DNA of 24,000 nucleotides from Gammaproteobacteria bacterium (GTDB lineage Bacteria; Pseudomonadota; Gammaproteobacteria; DSM-16500): NCBI GenBank assembly GCA_965279335.1, contig OZ257153.1, positions 1,012,921 to 1,036,920 of the forward strand, read 5' to 3'. Shown piece by piece: positions 17,383 to 24,000 of this stretch (position 1 is its first letter; each line of letters starts with the position of its first letter). The notes under the pieces were generated by a model. It saw only the letters and a program-made list of their open reading frames with translations, ran no database searches and was not told where the DNA came from. The position numbers and the translations under genes were made by a program.

Positions 17383-18825
17383 CTAGCTTTCAGTGATAGT
17401 TTGGCTTTTTACCATTTTTTCAATGATGCGTGTGGTTGAAATATCTTTTACAACCCCGAGTACTCTGACTTCACCGCCATAGGCATACACGATTTCAGCA
17501 CCAACAACTTGGTCAATGGTGTAATCGCCGCCTTTAACTAAGACATCAGGCTTTAACTTTTTAAGTAATCGTTCTGGAGTGCTGTCTGCAAATGATAGTA
17601 CCCAATCAACTGCGCCGACGCCGGCAAGAACAGCTAGACGTTGATCAACATTGTTCACTGGTCTTCCTGGGCCTTTCAAGCGAGTGATAGAAGCATCATC
17701 ATTAATCGCAACAACAAGGTAATCGCCGAGTTGTTTTGCTTGTTTTAAATAAGTGACATGCCCTGCATGTAAAATATCAAAGCAGCCATTGGTGAATACA
17801 ATTTTTTTACCATTGGCTTGTGCATGGCTCATGGCAAGTACTAATTGGTCTTCATTGATAATCCCGCTGGAAATAGCAGGAGAATCGAGTAATGCCGCTT
17901 GTAATTCTGGAGAGCTAACTGTTGCGGCGCCTAATTTGGCTACCACTAAACTAGCGGCGAGATTAGCATATGCCGTAGCATCTTCTAATGAGCTACCAGC
18001 AGCAATAGCAGATCCTAACGTTGCAATCACGGTATCGCCGGCACCAGTGACATCAAATACTTCGCGTGCATGAGCAGGAAGATGAAATTCATCTTGATTC
18101 TGTTGAATCAATGTCATGCCACGTTCGCCGCGTGTTAATAATAAGGTATCAATTTGATGGCTGCGCAAAAATGCTTGGCCTTTTTCAACGATGTCGGCTT
18201 CTGTTTTGCATGAGCCAACAATGGTTTCAAATTCTTTTAAGTTTGGTGTGATGATGTTAGCGCCACGATAGATTGAAAAATCAGAGCCTTTAGGATCAAC
18301 CAAAATGGGAATATTCGCTGCGCGTGCTAATTTTATGAGCTCTGGCGCAGAACATAATGTGCCTTTGTTATAATCTGACAGAATGACTAAATCAGTCTGT
18401 TGCAGATGTTTGCGATAAATATCAATTAATTTTTCTGGCTGGTCGGTTTCAAGTTGTTGTTCGAAATCCAAGCGTAATAGCTGTTGGTGTCGACTGATAA
18501 CACGCAATTTAGTAATGGTCGGAATATTGTCCAGTTGCAGTAAGTCATGGCGGATATTTGCCGCATCGAGTTGGGTCATCAGTGTCTTTGCAACAGGGTC
18601 ATTTCCGCAGATACCTAGCAGTGTGGTTTTGACACCGAGTGCCGCAATATTGAGCGCAACGTTACCTGCGCCACCTGGGCGCTCATCTGATTGTTTGATG
18701 TTAACAACAGGTACAGGTGCTTCTGGAGAAATACGTGCCGTATCTCCAAACCAATATCTGTCTAGCATGACATCGCCAATCACAAGGATGGAGCTCTTTG
18801 AAAAATCAGGTAATTGCTTCTGCAT
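17383..18825 (-). CDS. hldE: Bifunctional D-beta-D-heptose 7-phosphate kinase / D-beta-D-heptose 1-phosphate adenylyltransferase
   Basis: 480-aa ORF. The N-terminal pfkB/ribokinase-like domain has ILVIGDVMLDRYW, GGAGNVA and DVTGAGDT. The C-terminal cytidylyltransferase domain has the HxGH motif (FTNGCFDILHAGHVTYL). Confidence 0.93.
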   Translation of the reverse strand: MQKQLPDFSKSSILVIGDVMLDRYWFGDTARISPEAPVPVVNIKQSDERPGGAGNVALNIAALGVKTTLLGICGNDPVAKTLMTQLDAANIRHDLLQLDNIPTITKLRVISRHQQLLRLDFEQQLETDQPEKLIDIYRKHLQQTDLVILSDYNKGTLCSAPELIKLARAANIPILVDPKGSDFSIYRGANIITPNLKEFETIVGSCKTEADIVEKGQAFLRSHQIDTLLLTRGERGMTLIQQNQDEFHLPAHAREVFDVTGAGDTVIATLGSAIAAGSSLEDATAYANLAASLVVAKLGAATVSSPELQAALLDSPAISSGIINEDQLVLAMSHAQANGKKIVFTNGCFDILHAGHVTYLKQAKQLGDYLVVAINDDASITRLKGPGRPVNNVDQRLAVLAGVGAVDWVLSFADSTPERLLKKLKPDVLVKGGDYTIDQVVGAEIVYAYGGEVRVLGVVKDISTTRIIEKMVKSQTITES

Positions 18826-18899
18826 AAGGATCTTTTATAGTCAATTAAAGCTGCGCATTTTAGCACGGATTGTGCATTGGGTGTGAGTTTTTATGCTAT

Positions 18900-19001
18900 T
18901 TCATTCGGTTTTGCGGTCTTATCAAGGAGATCCCTCGTCGCTCCGCTCCTCGGGATGACAATCATCTGTCATCCCGAGGAGCGGAGCGACGAGGGATCTC
19001 C
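18900..19001. repeat. Family-A element, copy 3 (leader + perfect 35-bp inverted repeat, 6-nt loop)
   Basis: GGAGATCCCTCGTCGCTCCGCTCCTCGGGATGACA (18926-18960), ATCATC, then TGTCATCCCGAGGAGCGGAGCGACGAGGGATCTCC (18967-19001) are exact reverse complements. The preceding ..TTCGGTTTTGCGGTCTTATCAA resembles the leader of copies 1 and 2. The element lies between the dehydratase stop (19012) and the hldE start (18825). Confidence 0.9.
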
Positions 19002-19011
19002 TGGGAAATAC

Positions 19012-19968
19012 TCAAATTAACGCCGAAATCAGTTTGACATCGACATTCCCACCAGACAGCACCAGTGCAACTTTCTTATTTTTGAAAAATTGGGGGTGAT
19101 CGAGCATGACGGCCAAACAAATGGCGGCCGAAGGTTCTACAATTATTTTCATTCTTTCCCAGATATAACGCGTGGCAGCCAAAATGCTTTTTTCAGAAGA
19201 TGTCAAAATATCGTTCACTTTTTCTAAAACAATTGGCATGGTGAGCTTGCCCAGGCCAATAGCCAAGCCATCACAAACGGTCGTTGGATGAGGGGCGTCA
19301 TAAGACGATTGCATCGCTTTATGTTTAAAGCTCAAGTAGGCATCATTTGCCTGTTCTGGTTCAGCACCGATCACATGGATTCGTGGCGCAAGCGCTTTGA
19401 CAGCGTTAGCTATTCCTGAAATTAATCCGCCGCCGCCCACAGGTGCGATGATGATGTCGATATTTTTAAGAGTTTCTAAAATCTCTAGTCCTATCGTGCC
19501 TTGTCCTGCGATAACTTGTTCATTCTCGAAAGGATGAATGAATGTTGCGCCGGTAAATTCCACAACGGTTTTGAGGCTGTCTTCTCGTGCAGCTAAGCCT
19601 GGTTCACACATTGTAATTTCTGCGCCATAGCCTTGTGTCGCAGCATACTTGGGCTGAGCTGAATCTTTTGGCATGACAATATAAGCTGGGATGCCGCGTT
19701 TTTTAGCAGCTAAGGCTAATGCAGCGCCATGATTTCCGGATGAGTGTGTAGCAACACCGTTTTTAGCTTGGGATGCATCGAGTGAGAAAACAGCGTTGGT
19801 GGCACCGCGAAATTTAAAGGAGCCGCTTTTTTGAAAATTCTCACATTTAAAAAATAAGGTTGCACCAGTCAACGCATTCAATGTAGAACACGTCAGAATA
19901 GGGGTCTGATTGATATGGGGTTTAATTAACGTGGCTGCTTTTTTTATTTCGTGAATTGGTGCCGTCAT
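19012..19968 (-). CDS. PLP-dependent threonine/serine dehydratase family enzyme (short, catabolic/serine-racemase-like form)
   Basis: 318-aa ORF with the PLP-lysine motif FKCENFQKSGSFKFRGA, HSSGNHG, and the glycine loop APVGGGGLISG. There is no C-terminal ACT-like regulatory domain. Substrate cannot be assigned from sequence alone. Confidence 0.8.
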   Translation of the reverse strand: MTAPIHEIKKAATLIKPHINQTPILTCSTLNALTGATLFFKCENFQKSGSFKFRGATNAVFSLDASQAKNGVATHSSGNHGAALALAAKKRGIPAYIVMPKDSAQPKYAATQGYGAEITMCEPGLAAREDSLKTVVEFTGATFIHPFENEQVIAGQGTIGLEILETLKNIDIIIAPVGGGGLISGIANAVKALAPRIHVIGAEPEQANDAYLSFKHKAMQSSYDAPHPTTVCDGLAIGLGKLTMPIVLEKVNDILTSSEKSILAATRYIWERMKIIVEPSAAICLAVMLDHPQFFKNKKVALVLSGGNVDVKLISALI

Positions 19969-20039
19969 ATGGCTTTGATTCCCTAGTTGTTTCTGTTAGT
20001 TTATCTGAGTTTATAGTGTGTATAAAGATTGGAAATGAC

Positions 20040-21647
20040 ATGGTAAATAAAAAAGTAGATGCGATAACTATTTTCTTGATTGGATTGTGTTTGTTTACTT
20101 TCGGCCTATCTTCTCAAGAAGTTATCAGTTTTGAGGCTAGGTTTTTTTTATTTGCCCAAGAAATGTGGCGTCATGGGTTCAGTTGGTTTCCAACAACCTA
20201 TCAGCAACCATACCCTGATTATCCTGGTACAGCAACTGCACTTAGTAATGTCATTGCGCATCTCTATGGGAAAGTCGATAAATTCACTGCTGTGTTACCG
20301 AGCGCAATAGCATCAGCGTTGACAGTGGTTGTGACTTATCAAATTGGAGCATTACATAGTCGGCGTTGGGGGTGGTGTGCTGCAATATTTTTGTTTTTTA
20401 CCCTGACATTCATCAGTGAAGCAAGAACGATTTCATTAGATCAATACGTTGCATTAATTACTACATGTTGTTTTTATCTGGCTGAAATCTTTTCAAGATA
20501 TAATAGACGATTTTTATTGGTTCATCGTTTTGAAGCCAATCGTTTAGGGTTTTTTAGCTTAATTGCATTATTGTTAATAGTCGCATTTGCCTTCCGCGGC
20601 CCGATTGGGTTGGTTATTCCGAGTGGTGTTTTATGCGCGTATTTTCTTGCGGATAAAAACATAAAAGATTTTTTCTTTATGGGTTTAATGGCCGCAGTGT
20701 TGCTAGCAGGGTGTTGTGCTGTTTTATTGTGGCTAGCGAATCAAGTAGGCGGTCACGCATTTATGCAAGATGTCATACGCATGGAAGTGTTAGGGCGTAT
20801 GCATGATGCAAGTATGCCACCCGTTACATTTTATTTTACCGAAAGCTTTGGTGGATATGCGATTACCTTTCCACTGGCTATTTTAGTCGTGCTTGCGTTG
20901 TTACCTGAATTGTTGCATCCAAAAGGCTCGATAGAAATTAAATTTTTGCAAAAATGCATTGCCTGGGCGTTAATTATTTTAGTGGGCTTAAGTATTCCAG
21001 CTGATAAAAAAATGCGATATGTGTTACCGATGGCGCCGGCGTTGGCATTAATTTCTGCTTATTTATTTTGTGCATTGCGTTCAAACCGTGGTTTGCGCAT
21101 TTTACGTAGAGTTTTTTATGGAGTTTGTTTTTTATTGCCACTGTTTGCATTAGGGTTGATTGCAGCTGCGCATTTTAAAAATATTAATGATGGTATTCAT
21201 TATGCGTTGTTAAGTATAGTGTTCGTTGTGACGCAATGTAGCATGTATATTTGGCGTAAAAATTCAACGGTAGTGTTGGGTATTGCCGCTGCAGTTTTTT
21301 ATATTACCTATGTTTATGTTGTAGAAAAAATAAATTTAGAGATCAATCAAACACGTGATTTTGTGTTGCAAGTAGAAGATTTGCGAGAAAAATATCGCAC
21401 GCCATTAGTGTTTTTTCAAGAAGGATCGGATGGGTTACCCATTAAATATTTGGTTAACACACGGTATGAATTGCAGCCTATCTATTTACAAGATACACCG
21501 CAATTAAACGACTTACATGCTCACACGTTTGTTATTGTTGGCGTAGAAAATTTTCCGCATATATCTGTTGAGCAACTAAAACATTTTCGCGTGATGTTGA
21601 AGGGTAAGATTGGGCATGATGGTGTGGTGGTGTTGGAGAAAAGGTAA
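20040..21647 (+). CDS. Polytopic GT-C glycosyltransferase, ArnT/PMT (GT83/GT39)-like; probable lipid A/LPS-modifying enzyme
   Basis: About 12 hydrophobic segments are followed by a soluble C-terminal ~90 aa. The first loop, SFEARFFLFAQEMWRHG, resembles the ArnT/PMT_2 signature (D/E)E.RY.EI(A/S)REM. The start was moved to the ATG at 20040 (MVNKKVDAITIFLIG..), because the track start at 19956 is a TTG overlapping the divergent dehydratase gene. Function is inferred from family resemblance only. Confidence 0.65.
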   Translation: MVNKKVDAITIFLIGLCLFTFGLSSQEVISFEARFFLFAQEMWRHGFSWFPTTYQQPYPDYPGTATALSNVIAHLYGKVDKFTAVLPSAIASALTVVVTYQIGALHSRRWGWCAAIFLFFTLTFISEARTISLDQYVALITTCCFYLAEIFSRYNRRFLLVHRFEANRLGFFSLIALLLIVAFAFRGPIGLVIPSGVLCAYFLADKNIKDFFFMGLMAAVLLAGCCAVLLWLANQVGGHAFMQDVIRMEVLGRMHDASMPPVTFYFTESFGGYAITFPLAILVVLALLPELLHPKGSIEIKFLQKCIAWALIILVGLSIPADKKMRYVLPMAPALALISAYLFCALRSNRGLRILRRVFYGVCFLLPLFALGLIAAAHFKNINDGIHYALLSIVFVVTQCSMYIWRKNSTVVLGIAAAVFYITYVYVVEKINLEINQTRDFVLQVEDLREKYRTPLVFFQEGSDGLPIKYLVNTRYELQPIYLQDTPQLNDLHAHTFVIVGVENFPHISVEQLKHFRVMLKGKIGHDGVVVLEKR

Positions 21648-21772
21648 CCCTCATCCCCAGCCCTTCTCCCAGTCGCAAAAAACGCTTTGGGAGAAGGGAG
21701 AAAAATATTATAACTCACCTCTCCCACTTGTGGGAGAGGTCGGCACGCGCATTTTGCGTGACGGGTGAGGGG
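21648..21772 (+). repeat. Family-B MITE-like element, copy 1 (fills the whole convergent ArnT-like/lpxL gap)
   Basis: The element has the left end CCCTCATCCCC, hairpin 1 CCCTTCTCCCA..TGGGAGAAGGG, hairpin 2 CCTCTCCCA-CTTG-TGGGAGAGG, and the right end GGGTGAGGGG, which is roughly the inverse of the left end. It matches the reverse complement of 23597-23711, with about 49/53 identical in the first 53 nt by hand alignment. Confidence 0.85.
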
Positions 21773-21773
21773 A

Positions 21774-22688
21774 TTAATAAAATCTTTTCTCACCCTCTGG
21801 TCTAGTTTTAAAGCGTTTGTATTGCCATACATATTGTTCTGGATGTCTGCGAATAGCCGCTTCAATCACGCTATTTAAACGTGTAGCATCGGCAACTAAA
21901 TCATCGGTGGGAATATTTTCGATGGGTGGTGATAATATCACTTCATATTTGAAGTCATTTTCACGGCGGTAAAAACTAATGGGAATGATGGCGGCGCCAC
22001 TCATGCGTACAATGCGTGAAACAGATGTCAGCGTTGCGGTTTGAATGCCAAAGAATGGCGCGAAAACGCTGCGCTTTGCTCCGCCATCAACATCGTAGGC
22101 ATACCAAATTGCCATGTTGTTTTCTAGCGCACGCAATAGCGAGCGCACTTTGTGACGAGGGATGTAGTTGACATAATGCTGTTGGCGGAAACGCTCATGA
22201 ATAAAAGAAATTAAACGTTTTTTGTGTGGACGATACATGACGCCAAACGAATAACGCATTCCAAGTAAACGTCCTATCATTTCAAGGCAAGTGAAATGAG
22301 GTCCGAGTAAAATCACACCTTTACCTTTCGCAAAGGCTGCTTCTACATGTTCTAAGCCTTGTAACTCTACAAGACAATCGAGTTTTTTGTCTGGAGCCCA
22401 CCAAGCCATGGCCGCTTCAATTAAACCGATACCAAGTGATTCAAAATTTTTTTTCACTAATACAGTGTTTTCTGCAATAGATTTTTCTGGGAAACACATG
22501 GTGATGTTTGTCGTGGTAGTATGTTTTAGTTTGCCAGAGAAACGATAAAGTAGTTTACCCAACGTTTTTCCAATACCAATTTGCCAACGATGTGGTAAGC
22601 GCGTGATTAACCACAAAATGCTAAGGCCTAACCAAGCGGGCCAATAAACTGGGTTAAATAATGATGTGTGTTTGTTAGTTGTACTCAT
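21774..22688 (-). CDS. lpxL: Lipid A biosynthesis lauroyl/late acyltransferase (LpxL/HtrB family)
   Basis: 304-aa product from the ATG at 22688. MSTTNKHTSLFNPVYWPAWLGLSILWLITRLP parallels the E. coli LpxL N-terminus ..[23 protein letters not shown]. The HX4E acyltransferase motif is GPHFTCLEM. The track start at 22805 adds 39 Cys-rich residues with no support. Confidence 0.85.
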   Translation of the reverse strand: MSTTNKHTSLFNPVYWPAWLGLSILWLITRLPHRWQIGIGKTLGKLLYRFSGKLKHTTTTNITMCFPEKSIAENTVLVKKNFESLGIGLIEAAMAWWAPDKKLDCLVELQGLEHVEAAFAKGKGVILLGPHFTCLEMIGRLLGMRYSFGVMYRPHKKRLISFIHERFRQQHYVNYIPRHKVRSLLRALENNMAIWYAYDVDGGAKRSVFAPFFGIQTATLTSVSRIVRMSGAAIIPISFYRRENDFKYEVILSPPIENIPTDDLVADATRLNSVIEAAIRRHPEQYVWQYKRFKTRPEGEKRFY

Positions 22689-22757
22689 GACACTTCTATG
22701 TAAAATGTTGGAGGATAATAGTAACAGCACATAGTTGTAGCAACAACAGGAGTCGAA

Positions 22758-23033
22758 ATGATTCAAAAGTCGGGTATGCATTGTTTTGTGTCTGGTAAAG
22801 TACAAGGAGTTTGGTATCGAGCATCAACACAACAAGAAGCGCAATCACTTGGCTTAACTGGCTGGGCACGCAATTTGGCGGATGGACGCGTAGAAGTAAA
22901 AGCATTTGGTGATGGTGAAGTGTTGCAGCAATTATTTACATGGTTGAAAATAGGGCCCGAACGCGCAGAAGTGACTGATGTTACTTATGAAGAAATTGTC
23001 TGGGAAAATCACGAGAGATTTGCAGTAAAATAA
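22758..23033 (+). CDS. acyP: Acylphosphatase
   Basis: 91-aa ORF with both family signatures, VSGKVQGVWYR and GWARNLADGRVEV. An AGGAG SD lies 7 nt upstream of the ATG. Confidence 0.88.
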   Translation: MIQKSGMHCFVSGKVQGVWYRASTQQEAQSLGLTGWARNLADGRVEVKAFGDGEVLQQLFTWLKIGPERAEVTDVTYEEIVWENHERFAVK

Positions 23034-23042
23034 AAGCAGGTT

Positions 23043-23089
23043 TGTCATTTTGAGTTAGTTTGTCATCCCGAGCGTAGCGAGGGATCTCC
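23043..23089 (+). repeat. Family-A element, copy 4 (partial arm + 29-nt arm only, no partner arm)
   Basis: TGTCATTTTGAGTTAGTT (23043-23060) is followed by TGTCATCCCGAGCGTAGCGAGGGATCTCC (23061-23089). The 29-mer is identical to 1124-1152 and 16178-16206. The tandem partial+full layout is the same as at 16159-16206. It ends 2 nt before the sodC SD, GGAGG. Confidence 0.85.
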
Positions 23090-23100
23090 ATGGAGGTGTC

Positions 23101-23592
23101 ATGCGTTTTTTATTGGGTATTATGATGGTGTTATGGGCAACAATTAGTTTTGCAGGATTAAAAATTCCAATTTATTCGACAGACAATGCGCATACATTGT
23201 TGGGTACAGTCAAAGCGGATGATACAGTTTATGGATTGTTACTGACTCCGAAGTTACATGATTTGCCGCCAGGCACACATGGTTTTCATGTTCATGAAGG
23301 AGCATTTTGCTCTAATCATGGTATGGCTGCAGGGCATCACTTAGATCCTGAAGATACCAAACAGCACAAAGGCCCTTATGCAGGTAGTGGCCATTTGGGT
23401 GATTTACCCATTTTGGTTGTCGATGATAATGGGGATGCGACTTCTCCTATCTTAGCGCCTCGCTTGAAGCTAGAAAATATCGAAGGGCATTCGCTGATGA
23501 TTCATGCCGGCAGTGATAATTATTCTGATAAGCCACAGAAGTTAGGTGGTGGTGGTGAGCGAATAGCGTGTGGGGTGATTCCGTATTATTAA
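23101..23592 (+). CDS. sodC: Periplasmic Cu,Zn superoxide dismutase
   Basis: 163-aa ORF with the signal peptide MRFLLGIMMVLWATISFAG and metal-ligand motifs HGFHVHE, GHHLDP and HLGDLP. The C-terminal sequence is GGGGERIACGVI, with a disulfide Cys pair (FCSNHG...IACG). A GGAGG SD lies 4 nt upstream. Confidence 0.93.
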   Translation: MRFLLGIMMVLWATISFAGLKIPIYSTDNAHTLLGTVKADDTVYGLLLTPKLHDLPPGTHGFHVHEGAFCSNHGMAAGHHLDPEDTKQHKGPYAGSGHLGDLPILVVDDNGDATSPILAPRLKLENIEGHSLMIHAGSDNYSDKPQKLGGGGERIACGVIPYY

Positions 23593-23596
23593 AAGA

Positions 23597-23711
23597 CCTC
23601 CTCACCCGCCGCATAAAAAGCATGCGTCGACCTCTCCACAGGTGGAGAGATGAAAGCTCCCTTCTCCCAAAGCGTTTTTTGCGTAGGGGAGAAGGGTTGG
23701 GGATGAGGGGG
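23597..23711 (-). repeat. Family-B MITE-like element, copy 2 (inverted relative to copy 1; fills the convergent sodC/rubredoxin gap)
   Basis: The + strand reads CCTCCTCACCC...CCTCTCCA-CAGG-TGGAGAG...CTCCCTTCTCCCAAAGCGTTTTTTGCGTAGGGGAGAAGGGTTGGGGATGAGGGGG. Its reverse complement aligns with 21648-21772 apart from a ~10-nt shorter central AT spacer. Confidence 0.85.
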
Positions 23712-23888
23712 TCAGCTCGCAACCTCAACCATCTCAAAATCTTCTTTCGTCGCGCCGCATTCTGGGCATTGCCATGTCATAGGAACATCATCCCAGAGTG
23801 TGCCTGGTTCAATGCCATCATCTGGCCAGCCTTTTGCTTCATCGTAGATATAACCGCAAAGTAGGCACATATATTTTTTTAGTTGCAT
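23712..23888 (-). CDS. Rubredoxin
   Basis: 58-aa product [58 protein letters not shown], with two CxxCG iron-binding knuckles (CLLCG, CPECG). The ATG at 23888 has a GGAGA SD 6 nt upstream. The track start at 23942 lies inside the predicted promoter. Confidence 0.92.
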   Translation of the reverse strand: MQLKKYMCLLCGYIYDEAKGWPDDGIEPGTLWDDVPMTWQCPECGATKEDFEMVEVAS

Positions 23889-23931
23889 TCCAATCTCCAG
23901 TTTCGTAATAGCGGCGAATAAGCCAGGGTAA

Positions 23932-23960
23932 AGTTTACTCAATCAAATTTTGATTGACAA
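23932..23960 (-). promoter_or_regulatory. Sigma70-like promoter for rubredoxin
   Basis: Read on the minus strand, the -35 is TTGTCA (23955-23960), the spacer is 17 nt, and the -10 is TAAACT (23932-23937). The -10 is about 44 nt upstream of the rubredoxin ATG. Confidence 0.5.
23939..23957. promoter_or_regulatory. 19-bp palindromic operator candidate within the rubredoxin promoter spacer
   Basis: TCAATCAAA-T-TTTGATTGA has perfect 9-bp arms around one central base. It spans the -35/-10 spacer and overlaps the -35 hexamers of both divergent promoters. Confidence 0.45.
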
Positions 23961-23981
23961 TAGTAAGAACAACTTTATATT
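23954..23981 (+). promoter_or_regulatory. Candidate divergent promoter reading out of the window
   Basis: On the + strand there is a consensus -35 TTGACA (23954-23959), a 16-nt spacer and a -10 TATATT (23976-23981). No downstream gene is visible because the window ends at 24000. Confidence 0.3.
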
Positions 23982-24000
23982 TACGGACAAAATATTACCG

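Noticed and set aside
14126-18886. Antisense ORFs of 61-123 aa within spoT, hldE and their flanks (e.g. 14561-14863, 15800-16027, 17753-18073, 18515-18886). The antisense ORFs 1891-2333 within nagA are analogous.
   Set aside because: They are embedded opposite strongly supported conserved genes, have compositionally odd translations and show no translation signals.
19956-20039. Upstream TTG start for the ArnT-like gene, as given in the ORF track.
   Set aside because: It is a non-ATG start overlapping the divergent dehydratase start codon region. The added 28 aa are not signal- or TM-like. The first ATG (20040) gives a typical short cytoplasmic N-terminus followed by TM1.
21521-21865. 114-aa ORF on the - strand across the Family-B copy. 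The analogous ORFs 23447-23737 (-) and 23568-23864 (+) cross the second copy.
   Set aside because: These are translations of the repeat elements (..PSPKAFFATGRRAGDEG.. / ..PNPSPLRKKRFGRRE..) and they overlap the confident ArnT-like, lpxL, sodC and rubredoxin genes.
22689-22805. 39-aa N-terminal extension of lpxL (MYFTRHKTMHTRLLNHFDSCCCYNY...).
   Set aside because: The extension overlaps the acyP start and SD on the other strand. It is Cys-rich and unlike LpxL N-termini. The ATG at 22688 reproduces the conserved LpxL N-terminal membrane anchor.
1054-23089. Possibility that the recurring 29-35-nt palindromic units are a CRISPR array.
   Set aside because: The copies are kilobases apart in separate intergenic regions, occur as inverted pairs, and have no regular repeat-spacer periodicity or nearby cas genes.
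23889-23942. 18-aa N-terminal extension of rubredoxin.
   Set aside because: It would place the start codon inside the predicted -10 and operator. The internal ATG at 23888 has a GGAGA SD and gives a canonical ~58-aa rubredoxin.

Overview
This is an AT-rich gammaproteobacterial chromosomal window. Gene content and repeat style look Legionellales/Coxiellaceae-like, but that is inference; no search was possible. Thirteen protein genes are supported. On the + strand there is an amino-sugar pair, a SIS-type GlcN6P deaminase-like gene followed by nagA. On the - strand there is a co-directional housekeeping string: a PLP-dependent dehydratase, hldE, gmk, rpoZ and spoT. An envelope/redox cluster follows: an ArnT-like GT-C glycosyltransferase (+), lpxL (-), acylphosphatase (+), periplasmic Cu,Zn-SOD sodC (+) and rubredoxin (-). 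The dominant feature is one uninterrupted 11,214-nt ORF (2481-13694, - strand, 3,737 aa; 47% of the window) just downstream of spoT. Its product looks soluble and mostly helical. It has a Pro/Ser-rich N-terminus, coiled-coil-like stretches, a highly charged segment, and no catalytic or repeat domain I can recognise by eye, apart from a weak Cys...GD...HV...D papain/NlpC-P60-like pattern at the extreme C-terminus. It is the best candidate for something undescribed, possibly a translocated effector or scaffold. Almost every sizeable intergenic gap is occupied by one of two short structured repeat families. Family A has the core TGTCATCCCGAGCGTAGCGAGGGATCTCC and occurs at 4 loci in modular, shuffled arrangements. 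Family B is a ~115-125-bp MITE-like element present twice in inverted orientation, bracketing lpxL-acyP-sodC. Other observations are a His/Asp-rich C-terminal extension on the RNA polymerase omega subunit, and a 19-bp perfect-arm palindrome inside back-to-back promoters upstream of rubredoxin. No tRNA, rRNA, CRISPR array, transposase or integrase was seen. All functional calls rest on motifs read by eye, not on database searches.
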